64,000 bases of DNA from Amoebophrya sp. A120 (Eukaryota > Protista > Dinoflagellata), in assembly GCA_905178155.1 (NCBI GenBank), contig CAJINV010000004.1, positions 11,267,655 to 11,331,654 of the forward strand, read 5' to 3'. The notes beneath the pieces were generated by a model. It did no database searches, had not been told where the DNA came from, and worked only from the letters and a program-made list of their open reading frames with translations. Made by a program: the position numbers and the translations under genes. Positions 61,001 to 64,000 of this stretch are shown piece by piece. Positions within the stretch are counted from its first letter, which is position 1. Each line of letters begins with the position of its first letter.

Positions 61001-64000
61001 GCTCGGACGAGGAGCGCCGATTTATCTTGTGGCCCGGCGAGGACCCTTGGCTCGACAAAATCTGTTGATCACTCGCACCGGAAGTCGGCGGCCGGGGAGC
61101 GCCGCTGCGCGGGACGCCGCTACTGGAAAAGGTCCGGGTGCGGGTCAAGTTCGAGAGAAATAAGGGGTTCCGCCGACTGCTCGAGCGCAAGTGCATGCGC
61201 CGCGCGGCCAGGTCGAAGCCGGTGTGGCGCCAGCTCGACAGGCTGCGCAGCGCATGCTTGCCCACACCGGTAGGGGAAAGGGGCCGTGGTTTTATTGATG
61301 TGGAAAATGTTTTTGGAGTCCATGGTCAGATCGTTGTACTCCTCAGTGATCATACAGTTTTATTTTGTCACTTTCAAAACTTTCCTGAACGGGGAGGGCG
61401 CGACGATCGACGCAAGTGCTAATGTCCATGTTTTCTTTACTGAGTACTTACCTACCTAGCAACGACCTGACCGTGACCCCACAGCTGTATCGCCTCGATA
61501 TCATTTTCGTCTTGCACCGCCGTAGTTTTCTTCCCGCGCAGAACCCCATCCAGTTCGCCGACCTGCTCGCTGTCGCTCTCCTCGCGGATAGCCCCGCTCG
61601 ACCCGCTGCTGGCGCTTTTCTGGTTCCTCGGGGTCTCGTCTAATGCTCCTGAGTTGATCTTCGTGTCACCTACCTGTTGCACTTGTAGCCCGCGCGGCTG
61701 CAACATTTCCGAACGAAGATCCCCTGCACCACTGTCGGACGGGCGGCTTCTAGTAGGCTGCAAAATGACTTGTTCCGACGATAGGGGTGTTCCAGTTCCA
61801 CGGCCCAGAACGTCCCAAGTAGCACCAGCTGTACCTCTCTCCGCCACACGCCCGGGCTCGGGACTTTCTTCCGTACGAGTAGAAGAGTTTGTGCCCCGCA
61901 CAAAGACCGGGCTCGAGCTCGAGCGCTGCATTTTGGAGGACGTGCGGGCGTCGTCGGCGTCCTCTTCCTTCGGGGGCGGGAACGCGATGTCACTGATCTC
62001 GGCCCACCAGGCTTCCAGCCGCGAGGTGCGGCACGTGAGTGCGGCTTTCATGTACTCCTGCGCGTTGGTATCGGCGTGCGTCTGCTCCTTTTGTGGTGCG
62101 GTAGCAGCAGGAGCACCAGAGTCTTCGTTATTCTTGCTCAAGAACATCTCGTCGGTGTGGTCGTCGCCTGCCGCATTTTTTCCTATTTCGACGTCTTCAG
62201 GGTCGTGTCTAGCTGCCGCTGCGACAGAAACGTTGGTTTTCTGCTCGAGATGCCCAGGCGGACCGCTCGCAACATGCGATTTGCTTTCCTGCTCGCCACA
62301 TCGCAGGGCAGCGACGTTCATTGCGGGGGGTACTATTTTTTCCACTTCTGTTCGAGCAAAAGGGCTAGCTCTAGAAGTAGTAGCAGCAGTGCCCATAGTA
62401 CTATCCTCTTCGTAAGCCGCGCACACGAAAGCAGTCAGTGCACCGTCGGCCTCGACAGTCACGGGGGACACGTACACTAGCCGGCCGTTCAAGTAGGCCA
62501 CCAAATTTTCACTCCGGTCCAGCCGACGAATAGTCCGCGCAAACTGCCGCTGTGCGTCGAGGACTTTTTTCCGGATGGCGGATCTTGCGCTGACTGCCGG
62601 AACTACATTGACTTCACTGCCGTCCCGATCCTGTTCGCCAGCAGTCGTTGTGCCCCCGCGTGGTGAAATAAATAGTACACCGCTAGTACCGGACGGACCC
62701 CCGTCTTCTAGTAGATCCACCCAGGAGGCTGCGGTCGGGGGCAAGAGAAAAACCTGCGGCGCGGGCACCACGCGGACGCACCGCAAGGCCTTCATCGAGA
62801 CCGGGTAGCTCTGCCGTTCGCGGATCTTCCCCAGGTCCTGGGAGAACACCGAGCCGAGCCGCACGAAGTCCTGACTCCGGTCCACGCGGAGCAACGCCTC
62901 CAGTTCTGGTGTGGTTTCGTTGCGGATTTGCGCGACAACATCGACCATCGGGGAAAGCCGTTCGACGGACCGCTTGCTTCCAGAGATGCTCTCGTCTAGA
63001 TCGGCGTCCGGGATCCACCGCCCCGTGGCCTCGCTGCGCGCAATCACACTGATAATGATGATAAACATGTACGTACTTGTTGCTTGGACGAGTGTCGTTG
63101 TGGTTTTGATGCGCACTCATCAATTACGATGATTTTTACGTTGTACGACCTAAGTTCATAGGTAGCCCGCTTATGTAGTTTGAGATTTTGTTTGGGTGCA
63201 GATCATACCAAGTGCCTTCTCATACAATAGTTGACAAAAAACGAAATTCAAATCGGCAAACAGAATCTCTACCGCTTCCGCACCGTTTCCACAGAGCAGT
63301 GGACGTAGAAGATGGCAATGCGGTACTGCGGGAACCTATCCAAGAAAAAAAACCTAGTGTACGTCGCTGTTGATGCCAACCACAATTGCAAGACAGCTAC
63401 ATTTCTCATGCTCGGCCTGGATCGAAGGCCATTTTCAGTAGTGTTTCGTTGATGGCCTAGTACTACGAGAGGCTATGGCATACATGACGATTTGTCGTAT
63501 CTTCTATCATGCACAATGCAATGTTGAATGCATTTATTCGTGTTATACTACTCTTTCAAGAAAAGGAGTCACGCCAAGTGACACCGGTTTTCACTTTCTG
63601 CTTCTTGGATAAAAGCGATCGCGAATGTCAGCGACCTGCTTGACGTACCAGTCCGTGTTGCGCAGACTGCCGTCGACCCAAATATTTTGGCTCATCCGGA
63701 GCGCCGCCTCGAGACAGATCTCCTGGATGGCGCCGGACTCGCGGTGGCACAGGGTGCCCGCTGCCTCCTGGTACCCTTTGGAGAGGTACTGGTCAAACTC
63801 GGGCATGACCAGCTTGAACAAGTCCGGGTCGATGCGCACCGCTTGCTCCATCGGCAGGTAGTTGTGCACGCTGAGCCACCGCATCACGTGCCCCTTCCCC
63901 GCGCCCATCGGACCGCACGAGTAGATCAGCCAGGGCCGGTGCACCCGCTCCGTCTTCAGGATGACGTGCTTGATCAGCGTGTCCTGCCATTCGATCCGGG
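58080..64000 (-). CDS. Large multi-exon protein with a zeta-toxin-like P-loop domain and long low-complexity C-terminus; 5' end beyond the window; linkage of distal exons inferred
   Basis: WQDTLI...PWLIYSCGPMGAGKGH (Walker A), RIDPDLFK, HRES, NIWVDGSLRN, then DRF-PQYRIAIFYVHC...KR-VIARSEATGR. Downstream ORFs 61452-63050, 60013-61265 and 58080-59443 are co-oriented. The last two join in frame across two introners. Confidence 0.7.
59444..59694. mobile_element. Introner family A copy A9
   Basis: Family A TIR (right end degenerate), TSD gtaga, in-frame PEFY-AYEA. Confidence 0.92.
59761..60012. mobile_element. Introner family F copy F1
   Basis: About 44-bp TIR with an internal aacgttacaat repeat, TSD cgtgc, in-frame HAAAR-VETR. 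Confidence 0.93.
63337..63611. mobile_element. Introner family B copy B3 (aged)
   Basis: TATCCAAGAA ends, diverged flanks gaacc/aaagc, in-frame DRF-PQY. Confidence 0.75.

Noticed and set aside
63591-63944. Bacterial epsilon/zeta toxin-antitoxin module or contamination
   Set aside because: The gene contains introns, has host-like codon usage and has no antitoxin partner.

Overview
Eukaryotic, intron-rich genomic DNA. Every confidently identified gene is on the minus strand. The co-orientation and the many TIR/direct-repeat introns suggest a dinoflagellate-lineage parasite such as Amoebophrya (inference). Genes: GPI-transamidase subunit Gaa1 (runs off the left edge), a Pex14_N + PUB peroxin, a 1366-aa Pro/Gly/Lys-repeat protein, a long coiled-coil protein, a Cys-rich protein that may be secreted, a two-RRM RNA-binding protein, two tandem FAR-17a/AIG1/rolling-stone-like membrane proteins, and a large zeta-toxin-like P-loop protein (runs off the right edge). 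The main signal is more than 25 MITE-like introner elements, mostly 180-330 bp, from several TIR families. They share TAT...ATA termini and 5-bp target duplications, and at least four families share an internal GTCATGC-N7/8-GCATGAC dyad. In the identified genes, removing an element plus one TSD copy restores the reading frame, yet no register gives GT-AG for copies with perfect TSDs. Other oddities: a 2.4-kb ORF-bearing retro-like insertion nested in an introner, insertions flanked by 40-69-bp target duplications, and a palindromic satellite block at about 30.2-32.9 kb.
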